NCBI GenBank assembly: GCA_050011195.1
Contig: JBEKJO010000027.1
Coordinates: forward strand, 2,385 to 66,384
From: Verrucomicrobiota bacterium
GTDB lineage: Bacteria > Verrucomicrobiota > Verrucomicrobiia > Limisphaerales > UBA8199
Direction of reading: 5' to 3'
DNA length: 64,000 nt
Below the pieces are notes generated by a model. That model saw only the letters and a program-made list of their open reading frames with translations, had not been told where the DNA came from and did no database searches. The translations under genes were made by a program, and so were the position numbers. This document shows positions 47,896 through 56,364 of this stretch, in pieces. How positions within the stretch are numbered: the first letter of the stretch is position 1; each line of letters opens with the position of its first letter.

Positions 47896-49977
47896 ATGAA
47901 AACGTCCAACTTAACCCAAGCCGCCGCCCCCGCCATTTTCGCCGCGGCCATCGCCGTGACGGCGGCCCCGGCCGCCGCCGCCGAGCCGGAGTTCAACGGC
48001 CAACACTACCGTGGCCGCGGCGATGTCGAATACCTGCGGTTATTGGACACCGCGCGCCGCATGTTCGAGCCGGACCCCGAACTGCAAAACCTCGCCATGC
48101 TCTACGAGCCCAAATGGGACGGCCTCGTTGAAGGGCCGACTTGGGACGCGTGGTGGATTCAGAACTCCTACGGCACCACCTACAGCATCCTGCCGCTCCT
48201 GCGCGAGCCTTTCGTCACCTTCCTCCAGCATTCGCAGGACCTGTGGTTCGACCAGATGGGCGATGGCCACCGCACCGGCGCCGCGCCGCCCCTCGACTGG
48301 GTCGCTCCCGACGGCTGTCTTTGCGATGCCGCGCGGCCCGGCTGGATCGTCTATAGGCAAGGGGATGGCCGCATCGGCATTCACGATTGGGGCCTGGAAT
48401 TCACCGCCGCGGGCATCCTCCTGCAATCGGAACTGCTGCTCATCGGCCGCGACCCCGGCGCCCTGGCCCATTATCTCCCCCGGCTGGAGCGCAGCGCCAA
48501 CTTCATTGAGACCCGGCGCGACCCGACCAACAACCTCTTCCGCGCCGGCCCTGCCGGCAATCTGCTCGCCCCCAGCTACGCCGGCTGGCGCCGCCCCGAC
48601 GGCTCCTATGGCCAAGCCTACCTCGCGGGCTTGTCCATCACCTACATCGCGGCCCTGGACCGCTTGATCGAGCTGGAGAAACTGGCGCACAATTCCGCGC
48701 GCGTCTCCCTCTACACCGCCCGCCGCGACCTCGCGAGGCAAGGACTTCCACGCCTGACCACCGAGGAGGGCTACTTCATCCGCTCGCTCGACCCGGACGG
48801 CGTCAAGCACGGCGTCTTCGGCGCTCAAGAACATGGCTACTTCGAAGCCTCGCCCAACCACGACGCCATCGCCTTTCGCGTCGCCGGTGACGCCCAGTCC
48901 GAGCGGATTTACCGCAAGATCGCCTCACTGCCCGGCCTGCGCCCTTATGATTTCATCCTCCCCAACTATCCTTCCTACGACGACATGTATGAAAAGCCCG
49001 AGGGCCTCTGGGCCTACGGCACGTGGGTCAACGGCGGGCATTGGTCCACCTGCGAAGCCCGCATGGTCCTCGCCTATTACCGCCTCGGCCAATTCGACGA
49101 CGCCCGACGGTCCATGCGCCGCCTGCTGACCTTCGCCGAGCGCTTCCGCATGGACAACCCGCTCACCAAGCGCGGCAGCGACGTCTATCAGCCCAACCAG
49201 CCCATCAACCTCTGCTACGACACCTTCGGCCCTGCCGCCGCCTTCATGCGCGGCCTCTTCGAATACCTCTACCGCGCCGACGGCCTCACGCTCGTCCCGC
49301 ACATCCCGCCCGCCATTGAGGAACTCCAGCAACTCGACCCCGTCCGCTTCGGCCAAAAGAAGCTCTTCCTCACCACCATTGGCCGCGGCCCCGTCACCGG
49401 CGTCAGAGTCAACGGACGCAAGTGGAAAGACTTCGACCCGGTCTCGGTGTTCCTGCCCTACGACAAAACGCCCGCCGTCGCGCATATTCAAATCCTCTTG
49501 GGCAACGCCAAGCCCCGAACCGGCATGACGGCGCAAAAGGCCGCCATGAACCTTACCGAACGCACCCCTCTCCCTGCCCTCTCCCCGCGAAGCGGGGAGA
49601 GGGTGGCCGAAGGCCAGGAGAGGGGGAGGGCATGGAAAGGGCAGGGGACCGAACTGGCCGCGCTGGACCAGCGGGTCGGGCCGCTACGTGAGTTCCATCG
49701 CCGACTGGCCGCGGCCGGCCTCGGCGACACCCCCGCCGCGGCTCACGTGCAGCTTGCCCTCGACTGCATCGAAACCACGCACCGCCGCCAGCACCTCCTC
49801 CAGACCGGCAAGATCAAACCGTTGCCCGGCCCCGCCGAGGCCGCCGCCGACCAGTCCTACCTCGAAACCGCCCAAAAGCTCTGCGCCGGCTTGGACGCCT
49901 CACTGAAGTCCGCCGAAACCGCCACCGACCCCGCGTCCCGGAAAATTTCTCGCCTCTGGCGGGAAGTTTCCCACTGA
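47896..49977 (+). CDS. Secreted hypothetical protein (possibly a six-hairpin glycosidase-like fold)
   Basis: The start is at MKTSNLTQAAAPAIFAAAIAVTAAPAAAA (signal peptide). The fold assignment is weak. The gene carries an in-frame family D hairpin element at 49564-49630. Confidence 0.7.
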   Translation: MKTSNLTQAAAPAIFAAAIAVTAAPAAAAEPEFNGQHYRGRGDVEYLRLLDTARRMFEPDPELQNLAMLYEPKWDGLVEGPTWDAWWIQNSYGTTYSILPLLREPFVTFLQHSQDLWFDQMGDGHRTGAAPPLDWVAPDGCLCDAARPGWIVYRQGDGRIGIHDWGLEFTAAGILLQSELLLIGRDPGALAHYLPRLERSANFIETRRDPTNNLFRAGPAGNLLAPSYAGWRRPDGSYGQAYLAGLSITYIAALDRLIELEKLAHNSARVSLYTARRDLARQGLPRLTTEEGYFIRSLDPDGVKHGVFGAQEHGYFEASPNHDAIAFRVAGDAQSERIYRKIASLPGLRPYDFILPNYPSYDDMYEKPEGLWAYGTWVNGGHWSTCEARMVLAYYRLGQFDDARRSMRRLLTFAERFRMDNPLTKRGSDVYQPNQPINLCYDTFGPAAAFMRGLFEYLYRADGLTLVPHIPPAIEELQQLDPVRFGQKKLFLTTIGRGPVTGVRVNGRKWKDFDPVSVFLPYDKTPAVAHIQILLGNAKPRTGMTAQKAAMNLTERTPLPALSPRSGERVAEGQERGRAWKGQGTELAALDQRVGPLREFHRRLAAAGLGDTPAAAHVQLALDCIETTHRRQHLLQTGKIKPLPGPAEAAADQSYLETAQKLCAGLDASLKSAETATDPASRKISRLWREVSH
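49564..49630. repeat. Family D hairpin element inside a CDS
   Basis: ccctctcccc gcgaagc ggggagaggg is translated as ..PLPALSPRSGERVAEGQERGRA.. Confidence 0.75.
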
Positions 49978-49991
49978 ACGCCCAATCGAAC

Positions 49992-50125
49992 GGCGCGCAT
50001 CTCGACACTGCCCCCGGACCGCGAGCCGTCCCCGCAGCGGCCACGACTGCGAAGCGGCGATCAAGCCTCTGACATGCTCCCCGCACGCTCCAACGCCCTG
50101 CGAGCCGGGGACGGCTCGCGGTCCG
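49992..50125. repeat. Family A element (copy 4; right outer arm missing)
   Basis: The sequence runs ggcgcgcatctcgacactgcccccggaccgcgagccgtcccc ... gcgagccggggacggctcgcggtccgtcactgttgg. Confidence 0.8.
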
Positions 50126-50142
50126 TCACTGTTGGACATTCG

Positions 50143-50224
50143 AGAGGGGTCCGTCTTTGCCTGGGGGTTCAGGGGCGAGAGCTTCCACTCATTCCTGCCG
50201 AGTTCCATTGCGAAGTGGTAGAAC
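50143..50224 (-). repeat. Family F element (inverted copy)
   Basis: Its reverse complement matches 28561-28642 at roughly 90 percent by eye. Confidence 0.75.
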
Positions 50225-50291
50225 GGGCGCGCAGGCGTTTTGGCATTGACGCGTTTGCGTTTCCTCCCCAAGCTTCGGGCATCATCACATT

Positions 50292-50507
50292 ATGAAGACT
50301 CCAGCAAAAGCATGTCGGAATTGCGGCGGCACGGAGTTTTATGCCGGCGACTCCGCCCGGACCGTAGCGATAGCCGTTACGTTCTTCTCTCTTCCGCCCA
50401 AGTTTCATCTGCGCGTTTGTGGCGGTTGCGGACTGGTTGATTGGTTCCTGCCCGAGAAGGACGTGCAGAAGCTCAAGAAGAAGTTTTCACCTGAAAAGGC
50501 AGGATGA
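50292..50507 (+). CDS. Small zinc-ribbon protein (71 aa)
   Basis: CRNCGG and CGGCG are CxxC pairs. The ORF sits in isolation between repeat elements. Confidence 0.4.
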   Translation: MKTPAKACRNCGGTEFYAGDSARTVAIAVTFFSLPPKFHLRVCGGCGLVDWFLPEKDVQKLKKKFSPEKAG

Positions 50508-50645
50508 TGGGGCACTTGCCGCCCAACGGGACTCGGAGGCCACCCGAGAGGGCAAAATCACCATTCCTGAGTGCCAGAAAAGGCCCATTTCTGGCCAAAG
50601 CTCGCGGATTTCGTCTGAAAATGGCGGTTTCAGCCCCCCGAACTG

Positions 50646-50973
50646 TAATACCACTTCCAGTTCCAAGATGCACTATTTCCTGTAAGGCAAGCAGGCACAG
50701 TAGTTTGCGCCATATTTGGACAGACCTTGGGGGCTACCGCAGGCACGAAGACTACGGCGGGCGGGCTAAAAGTGAGTATTGGGAACATCATCGGAGCGAC
50801 ATCATGCCATTGCCGGTGTCTGTATCGCAATCTTCAACTTTCGGCCCATCCGCACGAGGGGGCGCAAGGGGGTTTTCTGCCCTTGCGCCCATAGTCGTGT
50901 CGGGTTCGACGCAACCGGCAACGGTTCTGAGGCCCGTTCGCCGGAGCCGTGGTCTGAGCATTCCACGAGGCTG
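50646..50973 (+). repeat. Family E element, copy 2 (candidate structured ncRNA or MITE)
   Basis: See 28192-28520. Confidence 0.7.
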
Positions 50974-51385
50974 ACGGGCGTATAACAAAAAAGGCCCTCG
51001 CTGTCAAGAACGAAAGCAACCGGCTGCGGGGCGGGCAACCACTCGCACCTGGGCGAGACCTGGCGGGGGTGGAAGTGGAAGTTGGGGCATGGTGTTCTGC
51101 GGTTGAATTCGTAGGGCGGCTCTTGACCGCGCCAGGCGAGGATGCGGCAGCGGAAGCATTTGTAGCGCGGGAGCCTCCTGCGGCTGAGGCCGGGCGTTCG
51201 ACAGCGGCAGCAAGCAGCCGCACTCCAAACGCTGGCGCGCAATTCGTCCGCTCTACGCGCAGGCGACGGAGCAGCATCGGCGGAATTCACTCTGCTCCAT
51301 AAAGCCGCGAAGGTTTCTCGATTCCTGGCTTGCACCCCGAGCGACAGCCGGTCAAAATGCATCCCGAACGAAAGACTTTGACTTT

Positions 51386-51643
51386 GTGCCAAACATACTG
51401 TTTGGCGCTCTAGTCGTTTTCTGGTTTATGAATATATTATTCTTTGGAGTGGATGAGTCTGATTTGAAAGAGCTCGATTTGAACCTCGTTCCGCGAGTGG
51501 GCGATTACTTGGCCCTCAATGCTGGAAAGACATATCGAGTCACTAAGATTGTTTGGGTGCTCACACAGCCTCTCGATCATCCCGGCCTCCGAAACGTTCA
51601 GGTTCATTGCGTCACCGCCACAAATGCTTTTGAGGATAGCTGA
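51386..51643 (+). CDS. Small hypothetical protein in the low-GC islet
   Basis: A hydrophobic N-terminus is followed by VGDYLALNAGKTYRVTKIVWVL. The start codon is uncertain (GTG at 51386 or ATG at 51428). Confidence 0.35.
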   Translation: MPNILFGALVVFWFMNILFFGVDESDLKELDLNLVPRVGDYLALNAGKTYRVTKIVWVLTQPLDHPGLRNVQVHCVTATNAFEDS

Positions 51644-51813
51644 TGCCTTCTCCCATTCCGCATGTAAGCGAATGCAGCACGCGCCACTTGAGGCGTCTGG
51701 CGTTCGCCTTGAGCACCCGAGCCAGCGTTGTTTCCCGCGAGAAGCGCCGAACCAGACGGTGCAGCGAATGAGAGCCAGCGCGGTCACGCGGGTCTCCGCC
51801 AATCACCGAATCC

Positions 51814-52770
51814 ATGACGGACGAGATCAGGGAGTACTATCGCCTTTTTGAGCTTGAACCCGGAGCCGGGGCAGACGCGGTGAAGCAAGCGTACCGCGAG
51901 CTGCTCAAGGTCTGGCACCCCGACCGGTTTCCAGACGCCAAATTCCAAAAGAGAGCCACGGAAAAAACCAAAGCACTGAACGAGGCTTACCAGAAAATCA
52001 CCGCTTATCTGTCCGGTACTTACGCAGAATCCCGCGCCAGCGCCAAAGCCAGAGCGGCAACTCAAGATGATTTGCAGGCAAGGGAAGCGGAAGATGATGC
52101 TGAAGAGGAAGTTGATCTTGAAGACGAAGAGGATTTCGCTTCAATCTTAGAATCTGCCCGAAGCGGTTCTCCGTCGGATCAAGTCGAGTTGGCCGACATG
52201 TATTCTGAGGGCACGAAAGTTCCCAAGAATGAAGCGGAGGCATTTCGGTGGTATTTGGCGGCTGCTTCACAAGGAGACTGTCAGGGGATGTGGATGGTCG
52301 GTGTAAGCTACCTCCGGGGTCTGGGCGTAGAGCGAGACAAGAATGAGGCCACTAAATGGCTCTCCAGATTAGCTTACCCGGAGACCACAGAGGATATCAG
52401 TGGGCTGTCGCTGATGCTTAACGCCCAAATACTCATGGCAGAGATCTATTACGATCCGGGCGAGCCCCACGATCCCGCAACGGCTTACGGTTGGGTGCTT
52501 CTAGCAATCTGCTATGGCCAGCCGTCGAACGTCGAAGTCACTCAATTCAATTTCGATTCCCCGATGTTCCATCTTGAACGACAGAGAGCATCCATGCTTG
52601 AACAGATGAAAGAGAAACTTGAGTCAGAGTTGACTCCCGAGCAGCGTGCCAAAGGCCAAAAAATGGCTGCGGAGCTGTTTCGTTCTGAAGACTATTTGAG
52701 AGCGAGGTACAAGCAGATGCTGAAGGAGTGGCTGAAGGCGCAGGAAGATGGCCCGCGCAGCAATTTGTGA
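51814..52770 (+). CDS. J-domain (DnaJ-like) protein with Sel1 repeats
   Basis: The J-domain YYRLFELEPGAGADAVKQAYRELLKVWHPDRF carries the HPD motif. An acidic linker follows, then Sel1 units (EAFRWYLAAASQGD, EATKWLSRLA). Confidence 0.85.
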   Translation: MTDEIREYYRLFELEPGAGADAVKQAYRELLKVWHPDRFPDAKFQKRATEKTKALNEAYQKITAYLSGTYAESRASAKARAATQDDLQAREAEDDAEEEVDLEDEEDFASILESARSGSPSDQVELADMYSEGTKVPKNEAEAFRWYLAAASQGDCQGMWMVGVSYLRGLGVERDKNEATKWLSRLAYPETTEDISGLSLMLNAQILMAEIYYDPGEPHDPATAYGWVLLAICYGQPSNVEVTQFNFDSPMFHLERQRASMLEQMKEKLESELTPEQRAKGQKMAAELFRSEDYLRARYKQMLKEWLKAQEDGPRSNL

Positions 52771-52864
52771 GACGGTGCGGTCCCTGGCCGTTTCGGGGCT
52801 TGCGCCAGCGGGCCGGGGGGGCGTAGAACCGGGGCGAACGGGTAACATTAACCAGGAATAAATT

Positions 52865-52890
52865 ATGCTTATCCGGTTTGTTGACAAATT
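52865..52890 (+). promoter_or_regulatory. 26-nt motif ATGCTTATCCGGTTTGTTGACAAATT, copy 1
   Basis: It contains TTGACA. TATTAC lies 17 nt downstream, and the motif is 45 nt upstream of the ATG at 52936. Confidence 0.3.
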
Positions 52891-52935
52891 GATTATCCAC
52901 CACTATTACTTGTGGCCGCGCTGCTTTGAACATTT

Positions 52936-53241
52936 ATGCACCCCAGAATGAACGAAATCGTAGATGATATGCGCAAGCTTCGTGCGCCCTCGGCCATGAA
53001 TGCCGGACGTTTCCAAACCGAGCAATCCGCGCTTATGGCAGAGTTGCTTGTTCTGCTTGCTGAGGAGCAAGCCAAGTCGGCGCAGACACTGGAGCGTTAT
53101 ACTCGTTCGCTTGTTCGACTCACATGGGCTTTGGTATGGCTTGCCGTAGGCTTGCTCGTATTCACGATAAGCACGGCAATAGTGCATTTATGCTTATCCG
53201 GTTTATTGACAAAATCCTCCTTTTGGCGTTTCTGGCATTAG
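52936..53241 (+). CDS. Small protein with a C-terminal TM helix
   Basis: A helical N-terminus is followed by LVRLTWALVWLAVGLLVFTISTAIV. Composition is low-GC. Confidence 0.45.
   Translation: MHPRMNEIVDDMRKLRAPSAMNAGRFQTEQSALMAELLVLLAEEQAKSAQTLERYTRSLVRLTWALVWLAVGLLVFTISTAIVHLCLSGLLTKSSFWRFWH
53190..53215 (+). promoter_or_regulatory. 26-nt motif, copy 2
   Basis: ATGCTTATCCGGTTTATTGACAAAAT lies inside the 3' end of ORF 52936-53241. Confidence 0.25.
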
Positions 53242-53507
53242 CCGCCTGGCTGATCTTTGATGCCGCCCCACATCGAAATGCGCTTCAAATCCGCTGGCGA
53301 ATCCGCCGATGGATCGGCCTTCGACGCTTGGAGTTGCAAATGCGCCTCTTGGAGTTTCGCATAGGCTTGGGCAAGCTGCTCATGTTCTGCCACCAGCGCA
53401 GCTACCTCTCTTCCAATAAACGCAATCTGGCTGCGTATTTCGGGCTTGCCCGAGCCACCGTCAACCATCCGATCCAGGTCATCAATATGTTCAAGGATGC
53501 TTCGCAT
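53238..53507 (-). CDS. Small coiled-coil protein (89 aa)
   Basis: REVAALVAEHEQLAQAYAKLQEAHLQLQ looks like a real coiled coil. The opposite-strand frame is R/L-rich, as expected for a shadow ORF. Confidence 0.45.
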   Translation of the reverse strand: MRSILEHIDDLDRMVDGGSGKPEIRSQIAFIGREVAALVAEHEQLAQAYAKLQEAHLQLQASKADPSADSPADLKRISMWGGIKDQPGG

Positions 53508-53531
53508 GACGCCAGAAACAGGAAAACCGCA

Positions 53532-53557
53532 AATTTGTCAAGCAACCGGATAAGCAT
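53532..53557 (-). promoter_or_regulatory. 26-nt motif, copy 3 (inverted)
   Basis: On the minus strand, ATGCTTATCCGGTTGCTTGACAAATT ends 24 nt upstream of the ATG at 53507. Confidence 0.3.
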
Positions 53558-53683
53558 AGATCCAACCTTGTCCCAAACCAACGCGCCCATTGTGTCCGCC
53601 GAACTGCGCGACCAGTTGAACGGGTTGAAGGACCTGATTGATGCTCTGGTCACGTCCGGCGTGAGGGCGGTTTTGTGGATGAA

Positions 53684-53822
53684 CTGCCACGCGAAGCGTT
53701 TGGAGTGCGGAACGCCAGTTCCGCTTTCGGCTTTGACGCCGGCAAATCGCAAAGCACGGATGTGTCGCGTGCGTGAGTTGAAAGCGGCGCTGCCGCGCCG
53801 CACTCCAAAACGCTGCGCGCAG
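53684..53822. repeat. Palindromic dispersed element, family B
   Basis: The arms are ctgccacgcgaagcgtttggagtgcgg and ccgcactccaaaacgctgcgcgcag. Confidence 0.8.
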
Positions 53823-53839
53823 TTCGGTTGCGGTAGGCC

Positions 53840-55285
53840 TTAAGCCGCAACGGGCGGGGGCGGGAAATGGGGTTTGCGCGGGTCGGTGGCGGTGATGACG
53901 ACGCTGACGGATTTCTGGTTGAAGCCTTTGAAGCCGCCGTGGCGCTGGAGGTTTTCGAGGTGGCTGCCCAGCGCGCCTTGTTTCATGAACAGGCCGAATT
54001 CCTCGCGCGTAATCAGGTTGGCGGACAGGAGGCGCTCGGCGCGCTCGCGGCGGACGGGCCAGCGCTCGCCTTCGGTGAAGGCCTGGCGCAGGAAAGGGAA
54101 ATCGGAAAACGGCTTCATGGTGTTGACGCCGGAGGCCTGCAACTGGCCGCGCAGAAGGTCGAACTCGAACCGCGCTTCGAGATGGTGCAGGCCGGCTTCG
54201 AGGAGGCTCTCGCCATGCAAACCGACCCACAGGCCGACCGTGCCCAGGCGCGAGGCGGGCGGGAGTTTGTGCGTCGAGAAATCTATCAGGGTTTCCTCCG
54301 GCAGCAAATCCACGTCGGCAAACACTACGATGCCGGCGACGGGTTGCTCGGAGATTTGCGCGCCCCAGCCGGCCTCGGCGCCGGCGTAGTAGCGTTCGCG
54401 TTTGACGAAGCCTAGCTTCAACAGGAATACGACCAGGTCCACGAAGTGCTCGCGGGAGCAGCGGAAGGTGTGATGGTCGTGGTTGCCCCAGCCAAGGCCA
54501 AGCAGGTCCTGACGGTGCTTCTGAATCCGCGCGGCGCGGTTGCGGCTCTCCCAGTAGGCGCGCTCGGCTTCAAAGAACAACTGGCAGGCCAGGTCGCATC
54601 CCACCAGGCGGACGACGCGGTCAAGGGTTTGGCGGGCGGCGCGGATGCCGTCGGCGTCGGTGGGAAACAGACGCCGGCGGGTCCGCCAGAGTTCGCGGGC
54701 TTTGATAATGTTCGTCAGTTCGAGGCGCTTGAGCGGGGCGGGCACGAACCCGAGATAGGCGCGGCGCTCGACGGCTTCGAGCTGCGTCCCGTTTTCTTCG
54801 GCGACCAGGATGCGGCGATAGCGTGAGAAGGGTTCGCCTTCGGGTTCGCCCGGGAGGTTGTGGCAGGCGATGAAATCCGCGATGGACTCCGGCCGCAAGG
54901 CCAGCAGAGATGGGCTTTCGTTGTGGCCCCGGCGCAGGAGGACGCGGGGGAGGGTGGTGCGGGGATGTTCAAAGACGGTCTCGCCATTGGGAGTTTCGGC
55001 CTGCGGGTCGGGCACGAAGCCCACTGCGCGCAGAGCTTTCTCCTCACTCGGGGCCAGCACGAGATGGTCGGTCCATTCGAAGAGGTCGGTGCCGGTCTCG
55101 TCGCGCATTCGGGCTGCCAACTGGCGGGCGAAGGTGTTCCGTTGCAGGAACAGGGCGATGCGGTCGCGCAGGAACTGTTCGGCCTCATTGGCCAGCGGCC
55201 AGTCGAAGGGCAGGGGAGCACGGGCAGGGCGGGTGGCGGCTTTCATGGGCCTTTTGGCAGGACGGCTTTTCGTTGCGCTGATCAT
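53840..55285 (-). CDS. Conserved-looking hypothetical protein (481 aa), possibly VOC/glyoxalase-like modules
   Basis: It is a long ORF with host-like composition. The motifs GNHDHHTFRC..HFVDLVVFLLKLGF and GLHHLEARFEFD resemble VOC metal-binding strands, so the assignment is tentative. Confidence 0.6.
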   Translation of the reverse strand: MISATKSRPAKRPMKAATRPARAPLPFDWPLANEAEQFLRDRIALFLQRNTFARQLAARMRDETGTDLFEWTDHLVLAPSEEKALRAVGFVPDPQAETPNGETVFEHPRTTLPRVLLRRGHNESPSLLALRPESIADFIACHNLPGEPEGEPFSRYRRILVAEENGTQLEAVERRAYLGFVPAPLKRLELTNIIKARELWRTRRRLFPTDADGIRAARQTLDRVVRLVGCDLACQLFFEAERAYWESRNRAARIQKHRQDLLGLGWGNHDHHTFRCSREHFVDLVVFLLKLGFVKRERYYAGAEAGWGAQISEQPVAGIVVFADVDLLPEETLIDFSTHKLPPASRLGTVGLWVGLHGESLLEAGLHHLEARFEFDLLRGQLQASGVNTMKPFSDFPFLRQAFTEGERWPVRRERAERLLSANLITREEFGLFMKQGALGSHLENLQRHGGFKGFNQKSVSVVITATDPRKPHFPPPPVAA

Positions 55286-55406
55286 AACTGGTTAGCAGGT
55301 AAAGTAGTCGAAACGCGCGGTTCTGCAACCGGGAGGGCGAGCGTCCTCGCGAGCCCTGATTTCTTGGGATGTTTGGGCTCGCGAGGACGCTCGCCCTCCC
55401 GGGCAT

Positions 55407-56360
55407 TCAGGAACTAGCGCTGGTGTAGCGGCGCAGAGAGGCGCGCCAGCCCCATTCGGAGACGCAAAAGCATACGACGCTCATGGCCAGCAGCAGGAGC
55501 ACTGGCCCCGGGGAGTCCAGTTTGTCGGCCAGCAGGCGCACGGGGACGTTGGAAACCAGCAGCATGGGGAGAGCAAAGGTGAACACGGCCTTGAACAGCC
55601 CGCCAAAGGCCTCGTCGGGCATGCGGGCGATGTTGAACAGGTTGTAATAACCCCAGACAATCCCCTGCGCGCGCACGGTCCAGAAGCTGATGCCGGCCAG
55701 GAGGAACATCAGGGAGTAGTGAATCGCGATGCCCGCCACACAGAGCGCCAGAAAACCCAGCACCTGCACAAGCGTGGGGACCAGGTGCAGTTGGCGGGCG
55801 GCATAGACCATCACCGCCAGCGCGGAGGAGGCGTTGACGAAGGCCCCGAGGTCCACCTGCCGGAGCGAGACGACGAAGCGTGTGTTGACCGGGAGCAAGA
55901 GCAGGAAGTCCAGTTTGCCGCTGCGCACCAGCTCGGACAGGTTGGTGCAGTTGACGAGAAAGAAGGCCTGGAAGACCTGCTGAATGAAGTGGCTGGCGCC
56001 AATCAGCATGACCACCTGCCACTTGGTCCACGTGCCGATATGGTCGGTGTGCAGGTAGAGCACGCTGATGAAGCTCAGTTGCAGGCCGAACCAGAGCAAC
56101 TCGACGAGAATCCAGAGCAGGAAGTTGCTCTTGAAGCTCATCTCGCGCGCGACGGAGTTCTTCCATAAGGCGGCGTAGATGGAGAGGTAGCGTGAGGCGT
56201 GATGCGTGATGCGTGAAACGTGAAACGTGAAACGTGAAACGTGATGCGTGAAACGTGAAACGTGATGCGTGAAACGTGAAGGGAGGGGCGTGGTGCGTGG
56301 TGCGTGGTGCGTGCCGCTGTTCTCCACTTCGGATTTCGGATTTCGGGTTTCTGGCTTCAT
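55407..56360 (-). CDS. ABC-2 type permease (DUF990/ABC2_membrane_6-like) with a repeat-encoded N-terminal extension
   Basis: The core is RYLSIYAALWKNSVAREMSFKSNFLLW... The first ~45 codons are translated from heptamer arrays (SRFTHHVSRFTHHVSRFTFHVSRITHHASRY). Confidence 0.7.
   Translation of the reverse strand: MKPETRNPKSEVENSGTHHAPRTTPLPSRFTHHVSRFTHHVSRFTFHVSRITHHASRYLSIYAALWKNSVAREMSFKSNFLLWILVELLWFGLQLSFISVLYLHTDHIGTWTKWQVVMLIGASHFIQQVFQAFFLVNCTNLSELVRSGKLDFLLLLPVNTRFVVSLRQVDLGAFVNASSALAVMVYAARQLHLVPTLVQVLGFLALCVAGIAIHYSLMFLLAGISFWTVRAQGIVWGYYNLFNIARMPDEAFGGLFKAVFTFALPMLLVSNVPVRLLADKLDSPGPVLLLLAMSVVCFCVSEWGWRASLRRYTSASS
56192..56350. repeat. Heptamer tandem arrays (GTGAWRC about x13, GTGGTGC about x4, CGGATTT x3)
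   Basis: The plus strand reads gtgaggc gtgatgc gtgatgc gtgaaac x4 gtgatgc gtgaaac x2 gtgatgc gtgaaac ... gtggtgc x3 ... cggattt cggattt cgggttt. Confidence 0.9.
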
Positions 56361-56364
56361 GCTG

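Noticed and set aside
28192-50973. The two direct family E copies considered as ends of a 22-kb composite mobile element
   Set aside because: The interval contains core housekeeping genes (lnt, clpC, ilvE, tRNA-Glu, nuoA). It has no transposase or integrase and no compositional shift.
53124-53843. A 239-aa plus-strand ORF across islet 2 that includes the MLIRFIDK start
   Set aside because: It is Arg/Leu-rich, lies antisense to a convincing coiled-coil ORF (53238-53507), and runs into a family B repeat. It is likely non-coding.
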